DNA of 64,000 nucleotides from Eledone cirrhosa. Lineage: Eukaryota. Positions 1 through 13,600 of this stretch are shown here, piece after piece. A model generated the notes under the pieces. The model was given only the letters and a program-made list of their open reading frames with translations. It was not told the DNA's origin and made no database searches. The stretch lies in assembly GCA_964016885.1 (NCBI GenBank), contig OZ024743.1, positions 62,434,001-62,498,000 on the forward strand. Reading direction: 5' to 3'. The translations under genes were made by a program, and so were the position numbers. How positions within the stretch are numbered: position 1 is the stretch's first letter; the number at the start of each line of letters is the position of its first letter.

Positions 1-43
1 TCATGATAGCGTGATAGCACCAACTATAGAGAGAAATATAGAT

Positions 44-228
44 ATAATTGTTTCTACGTTTGGCACAAGCTCAGCAATTATCCCAGTGTATTACTGGTAC
101 TTTATTTTATCGACCCCCGTAAGGATGAAAGGCAAAGTTAACCTTGGCGGGATTTGAACTCAGATTGGCAAGGGCCGTAACTCTATGCATCAAAGCATGG
201 CGTCCAACTCTCTACCGATACTGCCAAA
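44..228 (-). mobile_element. tRNA-derived SINE copy with Deu/Nin-like core
   Basis: Reverse complement matches the copy at 21383-21575: B-box-like GAGTTCAAATCCC, core GCCTTTCATCCTTACGGGGTCGATAAAATAAAGTACCAG, tail GTAGAAACAATTAT. Confidence 0.8.
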
Positions 229-539
229 TGATTGAGAGATAGATAGATGAGGATGGTTGGAGCCAGATAGGTATAGAGAGTGAGAGAGACAGACCAACAG
301 ACAGATAGATAGATAAAGTGAGATAAAGAGAAAGGTAAACATATAGATAGATAAACAGAGATGGGGAGACAGACAGATAGCTAGGAGATCCCATCAACAT
401 TAACCAAAGCAAATTAGATGGTTTATGTAAAACTGTAGTGATGTGTGTATTGCTGGGGGTAACCTGTTATGTTTTGTTTTGTTTTTGCTGTGAAAACAAA
501 ATCTTTTTCTTCTATATATCCATCACCAATGTCATGACA

Positions 540-1860
540 ACATTCCTCCTCCAGCACATCCTCTCTAGCATTGCTGGCTGAATTTCCCCTGCTTCCAACT
601 AGATGTTATTTTCAAGAACACCCTTTAGTGTGGTGGTTGGTCTCTCAACTCATCTGCACATATCAGATTTCCAGAAAAGAATTCTGCCAGCATGTTCATT
701 GTGATGTTTCACATGTCTGGTTAATGCAAGCCTCTTATGACATATGATGTCAGAAGTGCAAAGAGCGATTTATTTGCTATGTGTTGTCTCCAGTCCAGAA
801 TATGTTCTAGACCTTTCCCAACATCCGGATAAATGTGCCGTTACTCCTCTTTGTGAGTGATTTTGTCAGTGTCCACAACTCACATATGTAGAGGAGAATG
901 GACTCAACTGTTGCTTTGAATAGCCTCATTTTGTGATTTTCTTCATTGGAGACACCCACACCTTTTATAGGGAGTTGAAAGCACACATACACATAGCCCC
1001 CCCCCCCCCCCCCCCCCCCTCCCCATGCCTTGCCTATTCTGGTGTCCACATCGTGCTCAGTGTTCATAAAACTGCCAAGATACAAGAAGTCATCCACCTC
1101 CTCAATTTATGAACCATCCAGTGCATGCATTTTTTTTATTTGTCATTGCATTGAGATGCATGTATTTCAGTTTGTCAGCATTCAAGAAGAGTGGAATGAA
1201 CTGTGTTGCAGCTTCTATTCTGTTTGGGCATGTTCTCAGCTTCTTTGCAGGTGTTTTCCAGGATAGCTATGTCATCTGTGGAAGCCATTTTCAGATAGAT
1301 CTTCCTCCGGATTTTGAGTTCTTTGTTGACTTTTCAGCATTATTCCATCTGACGGTGCAATGGCATTATGCAGTACTTAATCAAGGCATATCACAAAAGG
1401 GAAAAGGGCCAGAGGATCTCCCTGGAGGGCTCTGGTATCAATGAAAAATATGTCTGAATTTCCTGCAGGTGTCATTATAAGTGCTGAAGTATTCTCATAC
1501 ATGACTTTAATTGTATTCATGATCTGATGGGGTATCCCCATATGCAAGAAGAATTTTGAGCATCTTCTTTTCGTCGATTGAATCAAAAGCCTTCTTGAAA
1601 GCTATTAATACAATTGCTGCTTCCTTCTTGTGATTCTGTACCTTCTCAACCATCCTCCTTGGAGCCAAGATGTGTGAGGCTGTCCAAAATGTCCAAAATA
1701 CATTTTGGCTGGAACATAAAATGTTGTTGATACATAGACTGATCCTATTCAGAATCATCCTATTGTAAGTCTTTGCTGCAATTTGTGAAACTCTGATGCC
1801 TCTATAGTTGATGTAGATGGTAAGGTCACCTTTCTTGGGTACTATTCCTGATATTCCCTT
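540..1860 (-). pseudogene. Decayed non-LTR retrotransposon (RTE-like LINE) reverse transcriptase fragment
   Basis: Broken minus-strand ORFs give RT motifs IAFKKAFDSID, QGDPLALFPFVICLD, DDFLYLGS and RLFKATVESILLYICELWTLTK, with multiple frameshifts. Confidence 0.8.
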
Positions 1861-3012
1861 TCAAAGGTTTTGATGCAGAAGTCCTTTAGAAACTATATAT
1901 ATATATATATAATCTTTATCAAGAAATACAGATTAGATGATTAAATTAGTTACACAGAGCTGAGAAGACATTAACAAAAAATTTAATGGACATTGCCATC
2001 ATCATTGTCTCTTTTCCACACAAACACACATGTATGTAACCCATGCCAGCATGAAAAAATGGACTTTAAATGGTGATGTTGATAATATATATGACATTGT
2101 CGTTTTTATGTCTTCTTTTTCATTCTTGTGTGGATTGGCTGGGTCATCTCTAGCACAAAATTTCACCACTTTTTGCAGTCTTTGGTTATATATTATCGGA
2201 AGTTACCTCCACTCATTCTTCCCATGACTTCCTTTCCTACAGTCTGATTCTACTTAGATCACTTGACACATTTTTAACCCACTCATCTATATACTTCACC
2301 TAACGATACCAGGGCAGCCTTTTTTTTTTACACACTACATTTGATTTCCCTAATGTGCAGTTTTTCTTTCAGCCCATTTGTGCTTTGTTGTTTATGCACA
2401 CTAACATTACACTTCCATCCTCCACGGAAACACCTCTATTTTGTCCACTGGGACCATAGGGCATGCAGTGCATGGGCTCCCATTTGCTTATAATAGTGAG
2501 AGATGGAGAGAGAGAGAGAGAGAGAGAGACGGAGGCAGTGAGTGAAAGAGAGAAGGCATCAACATACACATGCAACAAAAGTTGATGAGAGCTTGGCCAA
2601 AGAGGAAAGTGTCTGGCTTCAACCCTTTCAATCTGGTCCACCACACCACCTTCTTTCGCCATGGTCACCAGACAGATATAAATCATAACATTGTGTATTT
2701 AACCTTGGCACAGTTAATATTCCAAATGAGTCATTTCAGTTAATTAGTTATTTAATAAAACATATTCTCATGAGTGAGTGCACTTGCAATCATAAATGAA
2801 ATAAATGAATGTTGAGTGAAGATGATGTGGGTGTTATAACAGCTATTGAGGAGAAATGGTGGTGATGGGAATGTAAACTGGTGTTAATAACAACAGTCAA
2901 AGTAATTACAGTGGATTGTGGTATTGTGGCTGTTGTTTTAACCCAAAATTAACCAAAGTAGATTAATTTGGAGTTAGTGACAGTGAATGTAATGTATTAT
3001 TTAGTCAAAGGA

Positions 3013-5570
3013 TGGTGGATTGACAGTATCGGTATAGGGTCAGACACCATGCTTTACAGCCTGGAGTTACGATCCTTTATGATTTGAGTTAAAATCCCGC
3101 CGAGGTTAATTTTACCTTTCATCCTTACGGGGTCGATAAAATAAAGTACCTGTCATGCACTGGGTTGATTTATCGACTTTCCCCTCCCCAAAATTGCTGG
3201 CATTGTGCCTATATAAGATACCATTATTTTTTAGTCCAATGTAAGCCATGAATTCAACAGACCTATGACCAAAGTCGTTCGAACCATGACTAGCACTACA
3301 TTATACAATGTGTCATTGCTTTTTTTAAGATCGTACAGGTCCTCTGCAGTCAAGGCCTGTGTCTCACTGCCATGCAGCAATGCCACTCACACACAAATAA
3401 CATATAACCTACCCCTCACTCTGAGAGAGAAGTCCACTGTTGTCAGCAGAGGTGGAAGCTCCCTAAGACTCTTCCAGTCTGCTTTCATTCCAGCTAATGG
3501 TGGTGTGGTTGTAAAACACTCCTTCCAGCAGCTCCTGTCAGAAGCAACTGTCTCCAACTGATCCGACTGAATCATCAAGCGAAACCAGCCAAGCTCTTGG
3601 ATGTTATCCAACCATCTTGCTCAGGATCTACCTCTGGCTCTCCTGCTGGTTGGTTTTGCCCATAAAATCTGTCCAGCGATTCTTTCCTGAAACATTCTAA
3701 CCACATGCCCATAGTATCGGAGCTGTGATCTGTCAATTCGGAGTGGTAGCAACTCTACATTGAGTGACTTTCTGATCTCCAAGCTCTATCAAGTAACATT
3801 ACCCCAAAGACCCTTCAGAGGAATCCCCATTTTGGCCACATGTATTTGCAATCATTCATTACCCAAGATTTATGACCATAGGTAAGGTTTGGCACAAATA
3901 CCGAATTGAAGATAGCGAGTTTAGCTATTACACCTACCTCCCTTTGTCTGATTACCAAATGCTGAAGCTAACACATGACTGCACCAGCTCTTCCAATTCT
4001 TACATTTCAGCCTCCTGCCTTCCATCACTCGTGAATATTTTAATTATAATTTAGTTTAGAATGTCAACAAGGATGAGGATTATTATTATTATTTGGCAGG
4101 ATTGTTAGTTTGTAGGACAAAATGCTAGTTAGTATTTGTTCTACTTCTTTACATTCTGAGATCAACTTTGCTTTTTGCCCTTCTGAGATCAATGAAAAGC
4201 AGTATCAGTCAGGTACTGGAGTTAATGTAATTGACATATTCCTCACTCCCCAAAACATTTCTAGACTTGTGTCTAAATTAGAAAACATTATTAAAAGACA
4301 GTGAATTGGTAGAATCTTTAGAACATCAGACAAAATGCTTTGCAGCCTTTAGTGATGGCTCTTTATGTCCTGAATTCAACTTTGCTTTACATCCTTCCAG
4401 GGTTGATGAAATAAAGTATCTTAGGGCAATGTAATCAATTTATCACTCCTTACCAAAATTGCTGGCCTTGTGCCTAAATCAGAAACTATTATTATTGTTA
4501 TTAACCATTGGCAATATTGGTAGAGTGTTGGACAATATGCTTTGCAGCATATAGTTACATGAGTTCAAATCCCACCGAGGTTAGCTTTGCCTTTCATCCT
4601 TACATGGTCGATAGAATAGAGTACCAGTAATGCACTGGAGTCAATTTAATCAACTTTCCCCTCCCCACAAATTGTTGGTCTTGTGCTTAAATGAGAAACC
4701 ATTATTTCAAGACATTACTGGAGAAGAGTTCAGTTCAGTTGACTATACCATCAGTTCCCAAACTTAGTATCTTCAGATCCCATACCTATATTTTACAAAC
4801 AATCCCCACCACCCTAAATTTTATAAGGCACTAAATGAAACGAAATTTGTTTTAGAAAGAGATTTAATCATATAAAAAATATATATAATAAATTTTTATC
4901 AAATTTTATTAAAAGACACATCATCTCCCAGGAACCCAGAATTTTTTTCATAAACCCTGAACTTTCTGTAGAAGCAACTTTGAGAAAAGTTGGTCTATAC
5001 TCACATGAGTATAGACATGACTATCATTAAAAGACTCCAAGAAAGCTCCTATGAGATGCAGCCTTATAAGAGATTAGCTAAACCTATGTTGGTGTGAGCC
5101 TAACAACAACATAACCACAAGCCCCAAAATTTGTGGCTTTGACTCAATAGTGAAAATTATCTTGATTATTCACTTGTGCTATTTTTATTACATATTTTCA
5201 CTGCACGACTGTGCGCAGCTTTGTGTGACTTGGGTATGTGCAGTATTTTGTTTTGTTCTGATGTGATTGTTTCTATTATATTGACAGTAAATATATAGTC
5301 GATCACTATAAATAATAGTTAAGGAAATCATATAGAATACCACTGTAAACAGATAAGTGGACGTTGGTGCTAATGTTCACATATTATGCTTTGCAGCATA
5401 TAATTACGGCCCTTTACATTCTGAGTTCAAATCCTGACAATGTTAGCTTTGCCTTTCATCCTTATGGGGGTTGATAAAATATAGCACCAGTGATGCACTA
5501 GGGTCAATTTAATCGACTTTCCCCCTCCCCAAAAAATTGCTGGCCATGTGCCTGAATCAGAAACCATTGT
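3013..5570 (+). mobile_element. Cluster of diverged SINE copies (about 3013-3230, 4094-4290, 4300-4495, 4505-4706, 5385-5570)
   Basis: Repeated GAGTTCAAATCC / TTTGCCTTTCATCCTT / GATAAAATAAAGTACC / AAATTGCTGGCCTTGTGCC blocks of the same SINE family. Confidence 0.7.
3490..4030 (-). pseudogene. Degenerate 3' end of an RTE-like LINE ORF
   Basis: Minus-strand translation DNIQELGW...LETVASDRSCWKEC resembles the C-terminal end of RTE ORFs; heavily decayed. Confidence 0.45.
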
Positions 5571-6666
5571 TTTTAACTATAGTCATTTTTTTATAGATAG
5601 ATATGATAATATATCATGTCTTTCATCTCATTGTTAGAACCATCCGGTATATATTATGTTCTATTTATTAATCCTTTAGTTACTAAGCCAGCCAAAAACG
5701 GCTCTGGTTCTATGAAATAAAACTACCCGTTTTAAAGGTTTCCAGTTTTAATTTAAATCTTCCAACATAATTTTATATAAAAACCTTAAATTAAATTACT
5801 ATCTTAGTAATGAAATAATTAATTATTTTGGTAAATCCCTCAAAATTCGTTATTAATTAATTAAAAGAGAGTGTATTTCATTAGAAATATAATCATGAAA
5901 GGGCTAAGTCGCCATATACTGTGTAATTACTGATACACTAGCTTCGTTAATGTTTTCTATCCATGTATTTATTTATTTATTCAGTTATTATCTTTCAACT
6001 TTCCCAAGTGTCATCATTTCATCATTTCATTTTACATCCACTTTTTCTCTGCTTGCAAGGGTGGGACGGGAACTGATTCTGGCTTGATTTCTACAGCTGG
6101 ATGCCCTTCCTAACACCAAGTGAGTGCTGGGTGTTTTTTTTTGCCGTGGCACCTACATGACCACTTTGCAGTGGAATGATAGGGACTCCAGTCCCTATCA
6201 TCTCATTTCTACAGCTGAGTAAATGAATCACCTATAGTTCATTTACACATTTTCAGTAACTGAGTCTATCCTCTGTTGGGAATCTCTCTCAATTCCCTTG
6301 CTCTATCCCCCCCTCTCTCTCTCTCTACATCTGGTATTTATGCCATAAATTAAACTTCATATTTAAATGATCATTTAAATATTTTCAGTAACAGTAATCC
6401 AGTAATTTACCACTGTAACATGTATGATATTAATATTTCAGTTCTACTGAACTATATATCTCTCCCCATCTCTCTCTCCCTCACTATCTCTTCCCCTCTT
6501 TCTATCCCACCGCTCGCTCTCTCTCTCCCTCACTCTCTCTCTCTCTTCAAATTCATATGACCAGTACCCTATATCAGTACCAGTAATTTACTACTATAAC
6601 ATGTATAACATTAATACATCAGCTCTGCTAAACTACTTGTAATATTGAGATGGTAATATCAGAATC

Positions 6667-6699
<33 letters not shown>

Positions 6700-6819
6700 G
6701 CCATTGTGCACTTTTACTCGACCTTATTGTAAACCCCCACTGTCCCTGTCTTTGTATTGTCCCCTACATTTCGGCTCTTGTGGCTAATAAATGAAATCAT
6801 TATTATTATTATTATTTAA

Positions 6820-7057
6820 CCCTTTTGATACCAAACTGCTTCTGGTTCTACAATAACAAGTTGTTTATCTTAAAGTGTTTATATCTATCTAAAAAGCTTC
6901 CACCATAGTTTTATGTAAGATCCTTTGTTAAGTTATGCACCAAATACCAACTTAATAATAAGAAAGTTATATTATTAAATCTCTCCAAATTGTTATTTTC
7001 AGAATTATTTGAAATTCATAGGTAGTGTTTTTCATTAGAAATATGGTAATTAAGTGG
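6820..7057. mobile_element. piggyBac-like MITE (TTAA-flanked); related copies near 5670-5905, 23200-24160 (interrupted) and 29834-30170
   Basis: TTAA|CCCTTTTGATACCA ... ATGGTAATTAAGTGG|TTAA; shared internal motifs CTGGTTCT and TTTCATTAGAAATAT among copies. Confidence 0.5.
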
Positions 7058-7234
7058 TTAATGACTGAATATATTTTCATTGCTTTCCAATTCAATTTAT
7101 CAAATAAGGAATTTTGTTATTTGAAAATTAATTATAGGCAGTGTTTTTCATTTGAAATATTGTAATGAAAGAGCTAGAGATGTTTTTGTTTTGGTTTTGT
7201 GTTGTCTAACAAATTCTTCATTACAATTCGTTAG

Positions 7235-7492
7235 GCTGTAAAGAAGGTGAGTTCGGTCCAGGATGCAACCGTGTTTGTGAGTGCGAGAATGGTGGTCACT
7301 GTGATGAAGTAAGCGGAGAGTGTATCTGCCTCTTGGGATGGATCGGAGCAACATGTCAACAGCCTTGTCCTGTTGGTCGTTATGGCCTAAACTGTACAGA
7401 GATTTGTAAGTGTCAACATGGTGGAGTCTGTGATGCCAGATCTGGAAGATGTGCCTGCCCTGCTGGATATATGTCCAAATTTTGTGAAACAC
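7235..7492 (+). CDS. Exon of multiple-EGF-like-domain protein (MEGF6/10/11-like), two EGF modules
   Basis: ttag|GC TGT AAA ... GAA ACA C|gtatgt; 258 bp, phase 1-1; CKEGEFGPGCNRVCECENGGHCDEVSGECICLLGWIGATCQQPCPVGRYGLNCTEICKCQHGGVCDARSGRCACPAGYMSKFCET. Confidence 0.93.
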
Positions 7493-7689
7493 GTATGTCT
7501 TCGCCTTTTTTCAATTTTTACTATCATTGACTCTTGTACCTAGTCGTAAATAACCAGAGTCTTGTACTTAGTTAAGTAACCAGTCTTGTACCTAGTCAAA
7601 ATAACCAGAGAGTCTTGTATTTTGTCTTAATAGTCTTTTATCTAATCTAAATAACTAGAGAATCTTGTACATAATCTCAATATAGTATT

Positions 7690-10600
7690 GTACCTAGTCT
7701 ACACAACCATAGTATATATTGTACCTAGTCTAAACAGCCATAGTATATATTGTACCTAGTCTAAACAACCATAGTATATATTGTACCTAGTCTAAACAGC
7801 CATTGTATATATTGTACCTAGTCTAAACAACCATAGTATATATTGTACTTAGTCTAAACAACCATAGTATATATTGTACTTAGTCTAAACAACCATAGTA
7901 TATATTGTACCTAGTCTAAACAACCATAGTATATATTGTACTTAGTCTAAACAACCATAGTATATATTGTACTTAGTCTAAACAACCATAGTATATATTG
8001 TACCTAGTCTGAATAACCATAGTATATATTGCATCTTGTCTAAACAACCATAGTATATATTGTACTTAGTCTAAACAGCCATAGTATATATTGTACTTAG
8101 TCTAAACAACCATAGTATATATTGCTATCTTGTCTAAACAACCATAGTATATATTGCATCTTGTCTAAATAACCATAGTATATATTGTACCTAGTCTAAA
8201 CAACCATAGTATATATTGCTATCTTGTCTAAACAACCATAGTATATATTGTACTTAGTCTAAACAACCATAGTATATATTGTACCTAGTCTAAACAACCA
8301 TAGTATATATTGTACCTAGTTTAAACAGCCATAGTATATATTGTACTTAGTCTAAACAACCATAGTATATATTGTACCTAGTCTAAACAACCATAGTATA
8401 TATTATACTTAGTCTAAACAACCATAGTATATATTGCATCTAGTCTAAACAACCAGAGTATATATTGTACTTAGTCTATATAACCATAGTATATATTGTA
8501 CCTAGTCTAAACAACCATAGTATATATTGTACCTAGTCTAAACAACCATAGTATATATTGTACTTAGTCTAAACAACCATGGTATATATTATACTTAGTC
8601 TAAACAACCATATTATATATTGCATCTTGTCTAAACAACCATAGTATATATTGTACTTAGTCTAAACAACAATAGTATATATTGCATCTTGTCTAAACAA
8701 CCATAGTATATATTATACTTAGTCTAAACAACCATAGTATATATTGTACCTAGTCTAAACAACCATAGTATATATTGCTATCTTGTCTAAACAACCTTAG
8801 TATATATTGCATCTTGTCTAAACAACCATAGTATATATTATACTTAGTCTAAACAACCATAGTATATATTGTAACTAGTCTAAACAACCATAGTATATAT
8901 TGTACCTAGTCTAAACAACAATAGTATATATTGTACCTAGTCTAAACAACCATAGTATATATTATACTTAGTCTAAACAACCATAGTGTATATTGTACCT
9001 AGTCTAAACAACCATAGTATATATTATACTTAGTCTAAACAACCATAGTATATATTGTACCTAGTCTAAACAACCATAGTATATATGGCTATATTGTCTA
9101 AACAACCATAGTATATATTGCATCTTGTCTAAACAACCATAGTATATATTGTACTTAGTCTAAACAACCATAGTATATATTGTACCTAGTCTAAACAACC
9201 ATAGTATATATTGTACTTAGTCTAAACAACCATAGTATATATTGTATCTTGTCTAAACAACCATAGTATATATTATACTTAGTCTAAACAACCATAGTAT
9301 ATATTGTACCTAGTCAAAACGACCATAGTATATATTGCATCTTGTCTAAACAACCATAGTATATATTGTACTTAGTCTAAACAGCCATAGTATATATTGT
9401 ACCTAGTCTAAACAACCATAGTATATATTGTACCTAGTCTAAACAACCATAGTATATATTGTACCTAGTCTAAACAGCCATAGTACATATTGTACTTAGT
9501 CTAAACAGCCATAGTATATATTGTACCTAGTCTAAACAACCAGAGTATATATTATACTTAGTCTAAACAACCATAGTATATATTGCATCTTGTCTAAACA
9601 ACCATAGTATATATTGTACTTAGTCTAAACAACCATAGTATATATTGTACTTAGTCTATATAACCATAGTATATATTATACTTAGTCTAAACAACCATAG
9701 TATATATTGTACTTAGTCTAAACAACCATAGTATATATTGTACCTAGTCTAAACAACCATAGTATACATTGTACTTAGTCTAAACAACCATAGTATATAT
9801 TGTACCTAATCTAAACAACCATAGTATATATTGTACCTAGTCTAAACAACCATAGTATATATTGTACTTAGTCTAAACAACCATAGTATATATTATACTT
9901 AGTCTAAACCACCATAGTATATATTGTACCTAGTCTAAACAACCATAGTATATATTGTACCTAGTCTAAACAACCATAGTATATATTGTACTTAGTCTAA
10001 ACAACCATAGTATATATTGCATCTTGTCTAAACAACCATAGTATATATTATACTTAGTCTAAACAACCATAGTATATATTGTACCTAGTCTAAACAACCA
10101 TAGTATATATTGTACTTAGTCTAAACAACCATAGTATATATTGTACCTAGTCTGAACAACCATAGTATATATTGCATCTTGTCTAAACAACCATAGTATA
10201 TATTGTATTTAGTCTAAACAGCCATAGTATATATTGTACTTAGTCTAAACAACCATAGTATATATTGTACTTAGTCTAAACAACCATAGTATATATTGCT
10301 ATCTTGTCTAAACAACCATAGTATATATTGCATCTTGTCTAAACAACCATAGTATATATTGTACCTAGTCTAAACAACCATCGTATATATTGTACTTAGT
10401 CTACACAACCATAGTATATATTGCTATCTTGTCTAAACAACCATAGTATATATTGTACTTAGTCTAAACAACCATAGTATATATTGTACCTAGTCTAAAC
10501 AACCATAGTATATATTATACTTAGTCTAAACCACCATAGTATATATTGTACCTAGTCTAAACAACCATAGTATATATTGTACCTAGTCTAAACAACAATA

Positions 10601-13600
10601 GTATATATTGTACCTAGTCTAAACAACCATAGTATATATTGCTATCTTGTCTAAACAACCATAGTATATATTATACTTAGTCTAAACAACCATAGTATAT
10701 ATTGTACCTAGTCTAAACAACCATAGTATATATTGCTATCTTGTCTAAACAACCATAGTATATATTGCATCTTGTCTAAACAACCATGGTATATATTATA
10801 CTTAGTCTAAACAACCATAGTATATATTGTACCTAGTCTAAACAACCATAGTATATATTGTACTTAGTCTAAACAACCATAGTATATATTGCATCTTGTC
10901 TAAACAACCAAAGTATATATTGTATTTAGTCTAAACAGCCATAGTATATATTGTACTTAGTCTAAACAACCATAGTATATATTGTACTTAGTCTAAACAA
11001 CCATAGTATATATTGCTATCTTGTCTAAACAACCATAGTATATATTGCATCTTGTCTAAACAACCATAGTATATATTGTACCTAGTCTAAACAACCATCG
11101 TATATATTGTACTTAGTCTAAACAACCATAGTATATATTGCTATCTTGTCTAAACAACCATAGTATATATTGTACTTAGTCTAAACAACCATAGTATATA
11201 TTGTACCTAGTCTAAACAACCATAGTATATATTATACTTAGTCTAAACAACCATAGTATATATTGCTATCTTGTCTAAACAACCATAGTATATATTGTAC
11301 CTAGTCTAAACAACCATAGTATATATTGTACCTAGTCTAAACAACCATAGTATATATTGCACTTAGTCTATATAACCATAGTATATATTATACTTAGTCT
11401 AAACAACCATAGTATATATTGTACCTAGTCTAAACAACCATAGTATATATTGTACCTAGTCTAAACAACCATAGTATATATTATACTTAGTCTAAACAGC
11501 CATAGTATATATTGTACTTAGTCTAAACAACCATAGTATATATTGTACTTAGTCTAAACAACCATAGTATATATTGTACCTAGTCTAAACAACCATAGTA
11601 TATATTGTACTTAGTCTAAACAACCATAGTATATATTGTACCTAGTCTAAACAACCATAGTATATATTATACTTAGTCTAAACCACCATTGTATATATTG
11701 TACCTAGTCTAAACAACCATAGTATATATTGTACCTAGTCTAAACAACCATAGTATATATTATACTTAGTCTAAACAACCATAGTATATATTGTACTTAG
11801 TCTAAACAACCATAGTATATATTGTACTTAGTCTAAACAGCCATAGTATATATTGTACTTAGTCTAAACAACCATAGTATATATTGTACTTAGTCTAAAC
11901 AGCCATAGTATATATTGTACTTAGTCTAAACAACCATAGTATATATTGCTTTCTTGTCTAAACAACCATAGTATATATTGTACTTAGTCTAAACAACCAT
12001 AGTATATATTGTACCTAGTCTAAACAGCCATAGTATATATTGTACTTAGTCTAAACAACCATAGTATATATTGTACCTAGTCTAAACAACCATAGTATAT
12101 ATTATACTTAGTCTAAACAACCATAGTATATATTGCATCTTGTCTAAACAACCAGAGTATATATTGTACTTAGTCTAAACAACAATAGTATATATTGCAT
12201 CTTGTCTAAACAACCATAGTATATATTGTACTTAGTCTAAACAACCATAGTATATATTGTACCTAGTCTAAACAACCATAGTATATATTGTACCTAGTCT
12301 AAACAACCATAGTATATATTGTACTTAGTCTAAACAACCATAGTATATATTATACTTAGTCTAAACAACCATATTATATATTGCATCTTGTCTAAACAAC
12401 CATAGTATATATTGTACTTAGTCTAAACAACCATAGTATATATTGCATCTTGTCTAAACAACCGTAGTATATATTATACTTAGTCTAAACAACCATAGTA
12501 TATATTGTACCTAGTCTAAACAACCATAGTATATATTGCTATCTTGTCTAAACAACCTTAGTATATATTGCATCTTGTCTAAACAACCATAGTATATATT
12601 ATACTTAGTCTAAACAACCATAGTATATATTGTAACTAGTCTAAACAACCATAGTATATATTGAACCTAGTCTAAACAACAATAGAATATATTGTACCTA
12701 GTCTAAACAACCATAGTATATATTATACTTAGTCTAAAGAACCATAGTATATATTGTACCTAGTCTAAACAACCATAGTATATATTATACTTAGTCTAAA
12801 CAACCATAGTATATATTGTACCTAGTCTAAACAACCATAGTATATATGGCTATCTTGTCTAAACAACCATAGTATATATTGCATCTTGTCTAAACAACCA
12901 TAGTATATATTATACTTAGTCTAAACAACCATAGTATATATTGTACCTAGTCTAAACAACCATAGTATATATTGTACTTAGTCTAAACAACCATAGTATA
13001 TATTGCATCTTGTCTAAACAACCATAGTATATATTATACTTAGTCTAAACAACCATAGTATATATTGTACCTAGTCTAAACAACCATAGTATATATTATA
13101 CTTAGTCTAAACAACCATAGTATATATTGTACCTAGTCTAAACAACCATAGTATATATTGCATCTTGTCTAAGCAACCATAGTATATATTGTACTTAGTC
13201 TAAACAGCCATAGTATATATTGTACCTAGTCTAAACAACCATAGTATATATTGTACCTAGTCTAAACAACCATAGTATATATTGTACCTCGTCTAAACAG
13301 CCATAGTATATATTGTACTTAGTCTAAACAACCATAGTATATATTGTACTTAGTCTATATAACCATAGTATATATTATACTTAGTCTAAACAACCATAGT
13401 ATATATTGTACTTAGTCTAAACAACCATAGTATATATTGTACCTAGTCTAAACAACCATAGTATATATTGTACTTAGTCTAAACAACCATAGTATATATT
13501 GTACCTAGTCTAAACAACCATAGTATATATTATACTTAGTCTAAACCACCATAGTATATATTGTACCTAGTCTAAACAACCATAGTATATATTGTACCTA